This document shows positions 39,831-49,592 of a stretch of 64,000 nt of DNA, piece by piece (within the stretch, counting starts at the first letter, position 1; every line of letters starts with the position of its first letter). The DNA lies in contig CAWHEV010000009.1 of the NCBI GenBank assembly GCA_963828485.1, positions 135,318 to 199,317 of the forward strand, in the 5' to 3' direction. Made by a program: the position numbers and the translations under genes. A model generated the notes under the pieces. That model ran no database searches. It had not been told where the DNA came from and saw nothing but the letters and a program-made list of their open reading frames with translations. Origin of the DNA: an uncultured Chloroflexia bacterium (GTDB lineage: Bacteria; Chloroflexota; Limnocylindria; QHBO01).

Positions 39831-40130
39831 ATGTTAGTGATACAGGTGATGCGGAACGGCTGGCGCGAGGCATCGCGGCTGCCACTGCTCACGCGCATCG
39901 GCCTGGCCGTGGCACTCATGGCGTTCGTCGCGGATGTCGTGATCCACGTGGCGCCTGCGCCCCATCTGCACGGTGGCGGCCACGGACTGGATGAGCACCT
40001 CGCTCACCTGGCCGGACTGGCCGCAATGGTCATCGCGTTGGCGGGGATCGTCATCGACGGCGTCAACCGCCAACGACAGCGCCGCCGATCCGGCGGCTCG
40101 CAAGGAGGCTCACCCCATGCCCTTCGGTGA
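39831..40130 (+). CDS. small His-rich membrane protein (possible metal-binding)
   Basis: 99 aa with two TM helices flanking HVAPAPHLHGGGHGLDEHLAHLAG. Its 3' end overlaps the next gene in another frame. Confidence 0.45.
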   Translation: MLVIQVMRNGWREASRLPLLTRIGLAVALMAFVADVVIHVAPAPHLHGGGHGLDEHLAHLAGLAAMVIALAGIVIDGVNRQRQRRRSGGSQGGSPHALR

Positions 40131-40425
40131 TTTCGTCAACCAGATCCCGGCGCCGGTCTTCCTGCTGATTCACCTCACGGCCTTCGCCGTCGGCGCGTAC
40201 TTTGCCTGGCGCAGCTTCAACGCCGACGCATCTCTCCTTGGCTGGGCGTTCACCCTCTTCGCGCTGGGCGAGATCAGCTATATGACCTACCACCTCGACT
40301 GGACGGTCTTCCTCTTTGCCCACACGATCAGCGAGGTCCTCAACCTCGTCGCGTTCATCCTCGTCTTCACCGCGGCGACGCAGCGCGGCCTGGCGGGCTC
40401 CGGCGCGGCGGCTCAGGAGCCTTGA
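40117..40425 (+). CDS. small 3-TM membrane protein
   Basis: 102 aa (MPFGDFVNQIPAPVFLLIHLTAF...). Excellent Shine-Dalgarno: AAGGAGG, 7 nt, then ATG 40117. TTGA overlap with the cupredoxin gene. Confidence 0.65.
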   Translation: MPFGDFVNQIPAPVFLLIHLTAFAVGAYFAWRSFNADASLLGWAFTLFALGEISYMTYHLDWTVFLFAHTISEVLNLVAFILVFTAATQRGLAGSGAAAQEP

Positions 40426-40760
40426 GGCTCCTCGTCCTCGTCTCCCTGGCGGTGGCGCTGGCCGGCTGTGCCGGCGCCGCCGAGTCGGTGACCCCGGTCG
40501 CCACCGACACTGTCGACCTGCCTCCCTCCTACCGCTTCGAGCCGGAGCACATCACCGTGGCGGCCGGCACGACGGTGAGGTGGACCAACAGCGACAACTT
40601 CACCCACTCGGTCCGCCTGCTCGACGACGGCAACGTGATCCTGACCATGGCGCCCGGCGAGTCGGTGACGTTCGCGTTCGATGAGCCAGGCACGCATCGG
40701 TACGACTGCTCGTTCCATGCTCAGGACATGAGTGGCACCGTGACCGTCACCGACGGCTGA
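40422..40760 (+). CDS. cupredoxin (type-1 blue copper, plastocyanin/amicyanin-like) lipoprotein
   Basis: 112 aa with lipoprotein signal MRLLVLVSLAVALAGC. Type-1 Cu ligands present: His (FTHSV) and Cys-x2-His-x4-Met (CSFHAQDM). TTG start. Confidence 0.75.
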   Translation: MRLLVLVSLAVALAGCAGAAESVTPVATDTVDLPPSYRFEPEHITVAAGTTVRWTNSDNFTHSVRLLDDGNVILTMAPGESVTFAFDEPGTHRYDCSFHAQDMSGTVTVTDG

Positions 40761-40774
40761 GCTAGGCTCAGCCC

Positions 40775-41059
40775 ATGACCGAACAGCACCGCACCCAGGA
40801 GTTCACGCTCAACGGCGACGAGGTCGTCCACAAGGTCAAGGAGCTCATCAACGAGGGCAACATCCGGCGCCTCATCATCAAGAACGAGGACGGACGCACG
40901 ATGCTCGAGGTGCCGCTCACGATCGGCCTGATCGGCGCGGCCCTCCTTCCGGTCCTCGCGGCGATCGGGGCGGCGGCGGCGATCGCGACGCGCTGCACGA
41001 TCGTGGTCGAGCGGGACGCGCCGGCCAAGGACGACGCCGAGCCGACAGCCTCGGTCTGA
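40775..41059 (+). CDS. DUF4342 domain protein
   Basis: 94 aa with the family hallmarks: KVKELINEGNIRRLIIKNEDGRTMLEVPLTIGLIGAALLP. Confidence 0.7.
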   Translation: MTEQHRTQEFTLNGDEVVHKVKELINEGNIRRLIIKNEDGRTMLEVPLTIGLIGAALLPVLAAIGAAAAIATRCTIVVERDAPAKDDAEPTASV

Positions 41060-41063
41060 CGCG

Positions 41064-42161
41064 TCAGGCGTTGCGCCCCCGCGCGTCCACCGGCCAGCGC
41101 CCCACGTCCGCCCCGCCGCGCGCGACGACCAGCTCGTCGACGAGGTTGACGACCGGGCAGACGTGGTTGGGCACCACGGCGACCACCGAGCCAACGGACG
41201 GCGTCGCCACGCCCTCCGGCACCGAGACGACTCCGTGGTAGTCGTACGCCCGGTCGACGGTCGCGCCGCCGAGCTCTGGGATCGCGGCGAGCCCTTCGAG
41301 CAGCGGTGACGGCTCGCGAGCCAGCACCTTGGCACCGGCATCGATGACGATCGAACCGGCCGACGCGCTGACCACCGTCGCGGCGACGACCAGGCCGATC
41401 GAATCGGCCTCCGCGCTCCCCAGGGCCAGCTGCAGGCGGTCGCCGAACACGTAGGTCCCGGGCCGTTCCTCGGTGACGCCGTCGGCGGCCGAGAGGAGGG
41501 CGGTCGGGGTCGACCCGGCGCTCAGCTCGCGCACCTCGAAGCCCGCGGCCTCGAGCGCTTCGCCGGCCAGGGCCAGGGCCTGGACCTCGTCTGCGGCCGC
41601 CGCACGGGCCATCTCAGGGGACCCATAGCCATGACCGCCGTGCGTGAAGGCGCCGATGACGGCCAGCCCCGCTTCGCGCGCAGCCGCGGCGACGCGCGCC
41701 GTGTCGTCGGCGCCGGTCACGCCCGACCGATGCAGGCCGCTGTCGACCTCGACGAGCACCGGGAGCGGCCGCGCCGAGCCCCGAACCGCGGCCGCGAGGG
41801 CCGCGGCGCCGCCCGGCGAGTCGATGCCGACTCGGATGCGGGCTCGTTCGTGGAGCAGACGCACTCGCGCGGCCTTCGGACCGGCCGCCCACACCGGGTA
41901 CGCGACGAACAGGTCGTCGATGCCAGCATCGGCCATCACCTCGGCCTCCCCCAGCGTGCCGACCGTGATCCCGGTCGCACCGGCCTCGATCTGCAGCCGA
42001 GCCAGGCTCACGCTCTTGTGCGTCTTGGCGTGCGGTCGGAGCGCGACACCGAGCTCGGCCATCGCCGAGGCCATGGCCGCGATGTTGCGCTCGACGACGT
42101 CGAGGTCGATCACGACGGCCGGCGTCTCCAGCCCGTCCGGCAGGCGAAACGTGGCTGTCAC
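41064..42161 (-). CDS. PLP-dependent alanine-racemase-fold enzyme (DSD1 / D-serine deaminase / D-threonine aldolase-like)
   Basis: 365 aa starting at GTG 42159-42161 (overlapping the upstream TGA). PLP-lysine region LRPHAKTHKS. Typical DSD1-family C-terminus. Confidence 0.75.
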   Translation of the reverse strand: MTATFRLPDGLETPAVVIDLDVVERNIAAMASAMAELGVALRPHAKTHKSVSLARLQIEAGATGITVGTLGEAEVMADAGIDDLFVAYPVWAAGPKAARVRLLHERARIRVGIDSPGGAAALAAAVRGSARPLPVLVEVDSGLHRSGVTGADDTARVAAAAREAGLAVIGAFTHGGHGYGSPEMARAAAADEVQALALAGEALEAAGFEVRELSAGSTPTALLSAADGVTEERPGTYVFGDRLQLALGSAEADSIGLVVAATVVSASAGSIVIDAGAKVLAREPSPLLEGLAAIPELGGATVDRAYDYHGVVSVPEGVATPSVGSVVAVVPNHVCPVVNLVDELVVARGGADVGRWPVDARGRNA

Positions 42162-43568
42162 GCCTCGGCGACGTCCCAGCTCGTCCGCCACACCCGCCAC
42201 AGCGACTCGGGATCCGAGAGCGGATCGCCGTGCACCAGGAAGAAGTCGGCCGGGCCACCCTCGCGGATGACGCCCGCCTCCGCCTCCCCGAGCAGCTCGC
42301 CGCCCCGCCACGTGGCCGCGGCCAGCGCATCGGCCGGCTCGAGCCCGGCGGACACCAGGCTCGTCACCTCCCACGCCAGCTGGTTGGCCCGCAGCGACCC
42401 ACCGCCGAAGTCGCTGCCGGTCGCGATCGCGACACCTGCATCGCGCGCGACGCGGACCGATGCCTCTCCCTGCTCGAGGCGCGCCTGGTAGGTCGACCTT
42501 CCGTTGGGGCCCGCGAACGTCCCGATGGTGGTGGTCGAGGCGAACGTGAGCCAGGAGCGCATGACGGCCAGCGTGCTCACCAGGGTCACGCCACGGCTCA
42601 CCATCTCGGCGGCCACGGACGCGTCGAGGTCGAAGCCGTGCTCGATCGAATCGACGCCACCGAGCGACCGCCTCGCGGGCGCCGTTGAGCCGGCCCGAGT
42701 GCGCGGCCACCCGCGCGCCGCGCTCGTGGACGGCGTTGACGACCCGCGCAACCTCATCCGCCGTCCAGGGCGAGACGTTGACGTCGGGCCCGTCCATGTA
42801 GAGCTTCACGAGATCGGCGCCGGCGTCGAGCTGGCCGATCGCCGCGCCCAGCAGCTCATCGGCGTTCGCCGCCTCGATCGCGCCGTTCATCGGCGCCACG
42901 CCGCTCTTGAACAGCCAGGTGCCCGCGGCCCGCAGGTAGGGTCGGTCGCGCCGCCCCGCCCATCGGTCGCGCACGCCCAGCGCCAGCGCCCGCTCCTGCC
43001 CGTCCACGGGGTCCGCGCCGATCGGTGACCCGACGTCGCGCATCCATCGCACGCCGGCCGCGAGCCCGATGCCCGCGTTGTGCTCGGCTGCCGCCACGAG
43101 CGCCTCCGGTGCATCGTTGAATCGGGCGATCCAGTTCGCCCCGCCTGGCCCGGTCACGTGGCTGTGGCAGTCGACCATGCCCGGCACGAAGGTGGCGCCA
43201 GCACAGTCGATCATCGTGGCGCCAGACGTGTCCTCCTCGCCGCCAGTCGGTCGGATCCACGCGATCACCCCCTCGTCAACGAGGATGCTGACGTTGTGCC
43301 GCAGGGTTGCCGAGCGGCCATCGGCCAGGGCGCCGTCGCGATACCAGGTGCGTCCGGTGGCCGGCGCGGGCGTCGCCGTCGGCACCGGGGTCGGCGATGG
43401 TGAGGGGGTTGCCGTCGACGGGGGCGACGCCGGTGAGGACGGCGCGAACGAGGCCCGGGGCGTCAGGGACGGGAGCGCCTCGGCGCAGGCGGCCAGGCCG
43501 ACCGCGGAGGCTGCGGCGCCGAGCTGGAGCAGTCGCCGGCGCGTGATCGGGGCCGGGTGCGAGTGCAT
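42158..43568 (-). pseudogene. amidohydrolase family lipoprotein (Tat signal), reading frame interrupted near 42666
   Basis: The N-terminal 300 aa (RRRLLQLGAAASAVGLAAC, MVDCHSHV, ...AAHSGRLNGAREAV) are in the frame of ORF 41064..43568. The C-terminal 170 aa (GGVDSIEHG...FLVHGDP) are in the frame of ORF 42158..42757. A 1-nt indel in GTCGCTCGGTGGC would restore a normal ~470-aa amidohydrolase. Confidence 0.55.
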
Positions 43569-43575
43569 CGGCCCA

Positions 43576-45040
43576 TTATCGGCCGATGCGCCCGAGGTGG
43601 GTGTCCTTGAAGTCGGTCGGCAGCTTCAGACCGTAGCCGAGGGTGCGGTCCATGCCCACGTGGGCCGCCAGGATCGCCCCGGCAAGGGCCAGCGGTGCGA
43701 TCGCCGCGAACCAGCCGATGCCCAGCAACGCGAGCGCGGTGACCAGGTTGTGCGCCAGGTTGTAGGTCATCGCTCCCAGGCGCGGACCACCGAGGTAGCC
43801 GACCATCGAGACGTCGGGCACGAGCAGCAGGGGCAGCAGCCAGAGCGGATTCCCATTCAGCTGGAGGTACACGACGATCCCGGCAACGAAGATGGCAAGC
43901 GACTCGGCGCGAAGGATCCAGTCGACCGGGCGTATCACTCCCACGAGAAGAGCCGCACCGCGATCAGGAACGTGATCACGGCCCAGACGGCCATGCCAAG
44001 CATCTGCGGGCCGAGATCGGCCAGGCTCGATCCGTTGTTCATCACCCCACGCAGCGCCTCGGTCACGTAGGTGAGGGGCAGGAATGCCGTGATCGTCTGG
44101 AGGGCTTCGGGCATGGCGTCGCGCGGGAAGAAGACACCGGAGAGGAACATCATCGGCAGGCTGATGAGGTTCGCCACCGGAGCCGCCTGATCCTCGTTCT
44201 TGGCCCAGCCCGGCGACGCCGAAGCCCATGGCCAGGAAGATGATCAGGGCCAGCCCCACGACGACCGCGAGCACGAACCACGAGCCGAACATCTGGAGGC
44301 CGAACCAGATGCCGATGGCCGTCAGGATCGCGACCTGGAGGTAGCCGAGGACCACTCGGCTCGTGACCTGCGCCGAGAGGAAGTATCCCGGCGAGGTGGG
44401 CGTGGCGAAGAGACGCCGAAGGGCGCCGGTCCGCTTGAGCTGTACGAACCCGAAGGCGACGCCGAAGATGCCGAGCTGCATGACGGTCATGCCGATGATG
44501 CCGGGCACCAGGAAGTCGATGTAGCCGAGGTCGCGCGACTCGACCGACTCGAACGTGACCGGCGGACCGAGAGCCGGTGCATCTGGCGATGAGACGCCGG
44601 AGACTCGCGACCATCGCGGTGCCCACGGCCTGCTGGAGAAGGCCCTGGGCCACCTGCGCCTGCGCCGGATCGGCTGTGCCGCCGTAGGCGATCAGGCCGG
44701 TTTCGCCACCGAGCGCTGCCTCAAAGTCCGGCGGGATGACGAGGACGAAGTCGCGGTCGCCCTCCTCGAGCGCAGCCAGCTCGTCGTCGCGCGAGCCCTC
44801 GGTGATGACGAGGTACTCGAACTCGCCGAGCTCGTCGATGAAGGCGGCGCTCGCGTCGGTGCCGGCCTCGTCGACCACGCCGAGATCGATGGTGGTCGAG
44901 CCCTCGAAGTTGAGGACGCCGAAGATGAGCATGATCACCAGCGGCAGGAAGAGGCTGAAGAACAGCGCGGCGCGGTTGCGGATGAACATCTTCACGCTGG
45001 CCACGAAGAGCGCCCACCACAGGCGCAGCCGGACGGCCAT
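43576..45040 (-). pseudogene. ABC-2 type transporter permease, reading frame interrupted twice (near 44598 and 44204)
   Basis: Three consecutive frame segments: N-terminal (MAVRLRLWWALFVASV...QQAVGTAMVAS), middle (...VTFESVESRDLGYIDFLVPGIIGMTVMQLG...GFGVAGL) and C-terminal (AKNEDQAAPVANLISLPMMFLSGVFFPRDAMPEAL...). Removing one G in CTGGGCC and one C in CTCCGGCG yields a continuous ~365-aa permease. Confidence 0.55.
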
Positions 45041-45822
45041 CAGTCACCCTCCCGCAGGTCGTGGCCGGTCAGATCGATGAAGACGTCCTCGAGGTTCGCC
45101 AGCCGCTCCACCCGCTCCTTGGTGAAGCCGCGGCCGATGAGCTGGTCCACGAGCGCCTGGGGCGAGTCGAGCGCGATGATGCGCCCGGCGTCCATGATGG
45201 CGACGCGGTCGCACAGCTCCTCGGCCTCCTCCATGTAGTGCGTCGTCAGCACGACCGTGTGTCCCCGTTCGCGGATGGTGCGCACGAGGCCCCACAGGTG
45301 CCGCCGCGCCTGCGGATCGAGGCCGGTGGTCGGCTCGTCCAGGAACAGGACCCGCGGGTCGTTGACCAGCGCCGATGCGATGCTGAAGCGCTGCTTCTGC
45401 CCACCGGACAGCGTCCGTACCTGGCTCTTCGCCTTCTCGGTCAGCTCGACATCGGCCAGCAGCGCCATCGGGTCGGTCTCGCGGCCGTACATGCGGCCGA
45501 ACAGGTCGAGGAGCTCGACGAGGTTGAGCTCGTCGAAGAAGGCGGATGCCTGGAGCTGGATGCCGATGCGCCGCTTCACCTCACGCGGGTCGGCGCTGAC
45601 GTCGATCCCATCGACCACGGCCGATCCCGAGTCGATCGGCCGCATTCCCTCGATCATCTCCAGCGTCGTCGTCTTACCGGCGCCGTTCGGCCCGAGGATG
45701 CCGAAGACCTCGCCCTCGCCGACATCGAAGCTGACACCGTCGACGGCCGTGAGCGACCCGTAGTTCTTGCGCAGGTCGCGGACATGGATGATCGCGCCGT
45801 TCGCGGCCGATGGTTGCGTCAT
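45040..45822 (-). CDS. ABC transporter ATP-binding protein (ABC-2 exporter type)
   Basis: 260 aa with Walker A (GPNGAGKTTT), signature LSGGQKQR and Walker B (LFLDEPTTGLD). Confidence 0.88.
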   Translation of the reverse strand: MTQPSAANGAIIHVRDLRKNYGSLTAVDGVSFDVGEGEVFGILGPNGAGKTTTLEMIEGMRPIDSGSAVVDGIDVSADPREVKRRIGIQLQASAFFDELNLVELLDLFGRMYGRETDPMALLADVELTEKAKSQVRTLSGGQKQRFSIASALVNDPRVLFLDEPTTGLDPQARRHLWGLVRTIRERGHTVVLTTHYMEEAEELCDRVAIMDAGRIIALDSPQALVDQLIGRGFTKERVERLANLEDVFIDLTGHDLREGD

Positions 45823-45834
45823 GGGTGGCAGATG

Positions 45835-47037
45835 CTACCCGACGAGCGACCGATACAGCTCGACGGTCTGGCGGGCGATGGCATCCCAGCCGAATGACTC
45901 GACCGCACGCCGCCGGGCGGCCCGGCCCATGGCCTCACGCGCCGACGGATCGGCCATCAGCCTGTTGATGGCTCCGGCGAGGTTGAGCTCGAACCGGTCC
46001 GGATCGACGGGCAGCATCGGGTCGTCGACGCGGAGGTCGACCGGCACGAGCAGCCCTGTCTCCCCGTCCACGACGACCTCCGGAATGCCTCCCACCGCGG
46101 TGGCCACGACGGGCGTCTCGCAGGCGGCCGCCTCGAGGTTGATGATCCCGAACGGCTCGTAGACCGACGGGCAGCAGAAGACCGATGCGTGCGAGTACAG
46201 CTGTCGCACCTCCTCGCGCGACACCATCTCACCGATCCAGACCACGTTCGGCCGCTCCGCCTGTGCGGCGGCGACCGCATCGGCCATCTCGCGGCCGATC
46301 TCCGGCGTGTCGGGCTGACCGGCGCACAGCACCACGCCGATGCCCGGATCCAGGTGGCGAATCGCCCGCGCCAGGTGGACGATGCCCTTCTGCCGGGTGA
46401 TGCGACCCACGAAGAGCACGTACGGCACCGATGCGTCCACGCCCCGACGCTCGAGCGCATCGGTCGCGGGGTCGGGTCGGTAGAAGTCCGGATCGATGCC
46501 GTTGTGGATCACGTGGACGCGCTCCGGCGCGACGTCGAACAGGCGCATGACGTCGTCGCGAGTTCCCTGGCTGACCGCGATGACGGCATCGGCCGACTCG
46601 ATCGCGGTGCGTTCGACCCAGGCGGACACGTCATATCCCCCGCCGAGCTGCTCGCGCTTCCACGGACGCAACGGCTCGAGGGAGTGGACGGTGAGCACGA
46701 GCGGGATGCCGTACGCCAGCCGCACGAGGAGGCCCGCGAGGTGCGTGTACCACGTGTGGACATGGGCGACTTCGGCATCGACCGGATCCGCCACCATGGC
46801 GACGTCCCGTGACAGCGCGGCCAGCACCGGCCGCAGCCGCTCGTCAGCCGCCTCGAGCGCGTGCTCCGGTGGGTACCCGCGAAGGCGCCAGCCTTCCACT
46901 TGGCCGGTGGCCGTGCCAAAGGTCCGCACGTCGAGCTCGATCAGGGATCGCAGGTGGCGCGTCAGCTCATCCACGTGCACGCCCGCTCCGCCGTAGATCT
47001 CCGGAGGAAACTCGTTGGTCAGGATGAGCGCGCGCAC
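45835..47037 (-). CDS. glgA: glycogen synthase, Corynebacterium/actinobacterial GT4 type
   Basis: Start at GTG 47035-47037 gives [22 protein letters not shown], the conserved GlgA N-terminus. GT4 E-x7-E region present ([19 protein letters not shown]). The ORF is open to 47313, but that would overlap copA. Confidence 0.8.
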   Translation of the reverse strand: MRALILTNEFPPEIYGGAGVHVDELTRHLRSLIELDVRTFGTATGQVEGWRLRGYPPEHALEAADERLRPVLAALSRDVAMVADPVDAEVAHVHTWYTHLAGLLVRLAYGIPLVLTVHSLEPLRPWKREQLGGGYDVSAWVERTAIESADAVIAVSQGTRDDVMRLFDVAPERVHVIHNGIDPDFYRPDPATDALERRGVDASVPYVLFVGRITRQKGIVHLARAIRHLDPGIGVVLCAGQPDTPEIGREMADAVAAAQAERPNVVWIGEMVSREEVRQLYSHASVFCCPSVYEPFGIINLEAAACETPVVATAVGGIPEVVVDGETGLLVPVDLRVDDPMLPVDPDRFELNLAGAINRLMADPSAREAMGRAARRRAVESFGWDAIARQTVELYRSLVG

Positions 47038-47070
47038 CGAGGCAGCGTACCCCGTCGGGCGGTCGATCCG

Positions 47071-47089
47071 GATACTCCCCTGTAGTATC
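47071..47089. promoter_or_regulatory. inverted repeat GATACT-N7-AGTATC in the glgA/copA divergent intergenic region (candidate metalloregulator operator)
   Basis: Sequence GATACTCCCCTGTAGTATC lies 13 nt upstream of the copA GTG start. Its ATAC...GTAT arms and C-rich centre resemble CsoR-type operators. Confidence 0.35.
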
Positions 47090-47101
47090 CTAGAACGTGC
47101 C

Positions 47102-49372
47102 GTGACCACGACCGCGACCAACCCCCCGACGACGTCAGACGAGCTGACGCTGCCCGTCATCGGCATGACCTGCGCGAGCTGCGTGAACCGCATCGAAAGG
47201 TTCCTCAACCGCGCCGATGGCGTTTCGGAGGCGACCGTCAATCTCGCCACCGAGCGCGCGACGGTGCGCTTCGATCCGGTGCGGATCGACCGCGGCGGGA
47301 TCGTGGCCGCCATCGAGGCCGCCGGATACGACGTCGCGGCCGAGCCATCGCAGGCCGCGGACGTGACGGATGCCGACGACGCGACCTACGCCGCCCAGCA
47401 GCGAGAGCTGCTGATCCAGGCGCTCGCCTCTCTCGCCGTCGCCGGCGCGATGATGGTGATCACGTTCTGGCCGGGCGGCGTGCCATGGCCGATGATTGAC
47501 GTCAACCGCTGGTTCCTCATCCCGGCCACGATCGTCCAGTTCGTCTTCGGACGCCGCTTCCTCACCGCGGCGATACGGGCGGCCCGCCACGGCGACGCGA
47601 CGATGGACACGCTGGTCGCCCTCGGCACCATGGCGGCCTATACGTACTCGGTCGTCGTCACGCTCCTGCCGGAGACGGTGATGGCCACCGGACTCGGCCA
47701 CGAGACCTACTTCGACACGGCGGCCGTCATCATCGGGCTCGTTCTCATCGGGCGCTGGCTCGAGTCGCGCGCCAAGAGCCGCGCTGCGGGAGCGGTGAAG
47801 GCCCTCCTGCGGCTCCGACCGACGACCGCCCGCGTGCTCCGCGAGGGCGGCGAGCGCGAGATCCCGCTCGACCAGGTCGCTGTCGGCGACCTCGTGCGAG
47901 TCCGCCCCGGTGACCGGGTGCCCGTGGACGGGGTGCTCATCGACGGCTCGTCGGCCGTGGACGAGTCGATGATCACCGGCGAGTCGCTGCCGGTCGAGAA
48001 GACGGCGGGCGATCGGGTCATCGGCGCCAGCATGAATGCTTCGGGGTCGTTCGTGATGCGCGCGGAGCGCGTCGGGCGAGACACGGCCCTGTCGCAGATC
48101 GTGACGCTCGTCGAACGGGCGCAGGGCTCGAAGGCTCCGATCCAGCGCGTCGCCGACCGGGTCACCGGCTGGTTCGTGCCGGCCGTGCTGATCGTCGCGG
48201 CAACCACGTTCGGGGCCTGGATGCTCCTCGGGCCCGAGCCGCGCCTGCCGTTCGCGCTCTCGACAGCGATCGCCGTCCTGATCATCGCCTGCCCGTGCGC
48301 CATGGGCCTGGCCACGCCCACCGCGATCATGGTCGGCTCGGGCACGGGCGCCGAGCACGGGATCCTCATCCGCGACGGCGCGGCGCTGGAGCAGGCCGAG
48401 GGCATCACCGCCGTGGTGCTGGACAAGACCGGCACGATCACCCGCGGTGAGCCGTCCGTCGTCCGCATCGAGCTGGCGGCCGGGGTCAGCGAGCGCGACC
48501 TGCTCACGGCGGCGGCGGCGGCCGAGCGCGGCAGCGAGCATCCGCTCGCGGAGGCGATCGTCCGCCATGCGGAAGCGCTCGGCGTCGAGGCTCCGGAAGC
48601 GACCGAGTTCGCGGCGCTTCCCGGGCGCGGCGTGACCGCCTCGGTCGGCGGATCGACCGTCCTGGCCGGCTCCGCCGGCTTCCTCGCCGATGCGGGCATC
48701 TCTGCCGGGGGCCTCGAGGCCGGCGACGCGTCGCCGGTATGGGTGGCGCGTGATGGTGCACTCCTCGGGCTCATCGGCCTGGCCGACACCGTCAAGCCGG
48801 ACGCGGCCGAGGCGATCATCCGTCTGCGCGCAACGGGGCTCGACGTATGGATGATCACCGGCGACCGTCGCGAGGTGGCCGCGGCGATCGGGTCGCAGGT
48901 CGGCATCGGCGCCGAGCGGATCCTGGCTGAGGTGCTGCCAGGCGACAAGGCGGCGAAGGTTGCCGATCTCCAGGCTGCCGGCGCGCTGGTCGCCATGGTT
49001 GGTGACGGCATCAACGACGCCCCGGCCCTGGCGCAGGCGGACCTGGGCATCGCCATCGGCACGGGCGCCGACGTGGCGCTCGAGGCCTCCGACGTCACGC
49101 TCGTCGGCGGTTCGCTCGAGGGCGTCCCGACCGCCGTCCGTCTTTCGCGAGCGACGATGCGGACCATCCGCCAGAACCTGGGATGGGCGTTCGGCTACAA
49201 CGTGCTGCTCATTCCCGTGGCCGCGGGCATCCTGTGGCCGGTGGCGGGCATCCTGCTCTCACCTGCCCTTGCCGCCGGCGCGATGGCCCTGTCGAGCGTC
49301 AGCGTCGTGGCCAACTCGCTGCGGCTCCGCGGGTTTCGGGCCGAGCAGCCCCAACTGAGCAAGGGAGGATGA
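47102..49372 (+). CDS. copA: copper-translocating P1B-type ATPase
   Basis: About 757 aa from GTG 47102. Motifs: HMA domain GMTCASC, CPC, DKTGT, and GDGINDAP. Confidence 0.88.
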   Translation: MTTTATNPPTTSDELTLPVIGMTCASCVNRIERFLNRADGVSEATVNLATERATVRFDPVRIDRGGIVAAIEAAGYDVAAEPSQAADVTDADDATYAAQQRELLIQALASLAVAGAMMVITFWPGGVPWPMIDVNRWFLIPATIVQFVFGRRFLTAAIRAARHGDATMDTLVALGTMAAYTYSVVVTLLPETVMATGLGHETYFDTAAVIIGLVLIGRWLESRAKSRAAGAVKALLRLRPTTARVLREGGEREIPLDQVAVGDLVRVRPGDRVPVDGVLIDGSSAVDESMITGESLPVEKTAGDRVIGASMNASGSFVMRAERVGRDTALSQIVTLVERAQGSKAPIQRVADRVTGWFVPAVLIVAATTFGAWMLLGPEPRLPFALSTAIAVLIIACPCAMGLATPTAIMVGSGTGAEHGILIRDGAALEQAEGITAVVLDKTGTITRGEPSVVRIELAAGVSERDLLTAAAAAERGSEHPLAEAIVRHAEALGVEAPEATEFAALPGRGVTASVGGSTVLAGSAGFLADAGISAGGLEAGDASPVWVARDGALLGLIGLADTVKPDAAEAIIRLRATGLDVWMITGDRREVAAAIGSQVGIGAERILAEVLPGDKAAKVADLQAAGALVAMVGDGINDAPALAQADLGIAIGTGADVALEASDVTLVGGSLEGVPTAVRLSRATMRTIRQNLGWAFGYNVLLIPVAAGILWPVAGILLSPALAAGAMALSSVSVVANSLRLRGFRAEQPQLSKGG

Positions 49373-49373
49373 G

Positions 49374-49571
49374 ATGAACGAGCCTCGAACGGAGGCGACC
49401 TCGAAGGACCCGGTGTGCGGAATGGACGTGAACCGTGAGATCGCCGAGGCGCAGGGCCTCGTGAGCGAGCACGACGGCCAGACGTACCTGTTCTGCGGCC
49501 GCGGCTGCAAGCTCGACTTCGACGAGAGCCCGTCGACGTACCTCGACCCTGGGCACGTCCCGACCATGTAG
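49374..49571 (+). CDS. YHS/TRASH-domain small metal-binding protein
   Basis: 65 aa with the YHS pattern (CGMDV...LFCGRGCK). AAGGGAGGA Shine-Dalgarno upstream. Begins 1 nt after the copA stop. Confidence 0.7.
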   Translation: MNEPRTEATSKDPVCGMDVNREIAEAQGLVSEHDGQTYLFCGRGCKLDFDESPSTYLDPGHVPTM

Positions 49572-49592
49572 CGCCGGTAGACTGGGGGACGC

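Noticed and set aside
41056-41067. Perfect 12-bp palindrome CTGACGCGTCAG between convergent genes
   Set aside because: It is produced simply by the two convergent stop codons (TGA ... TCA) with a CGCG spacer. It is too short for a stable terminator hairpin, and there is no flanking U-tract.
41064-43568. Single 834-aa ORF spanning the DSD1-like enzyme and the amidohydrolase
   Set aside because: Residues ~300-470 of this translation are Arg-rich nonsense. The genuine amidohydrolase C-terminus is in another frame (ORF 42158..42757), and the DSD1-like gene has its own GTG start overlapping that frame's stop. It is resolved as two genes plus one frameshift, not a fusion.
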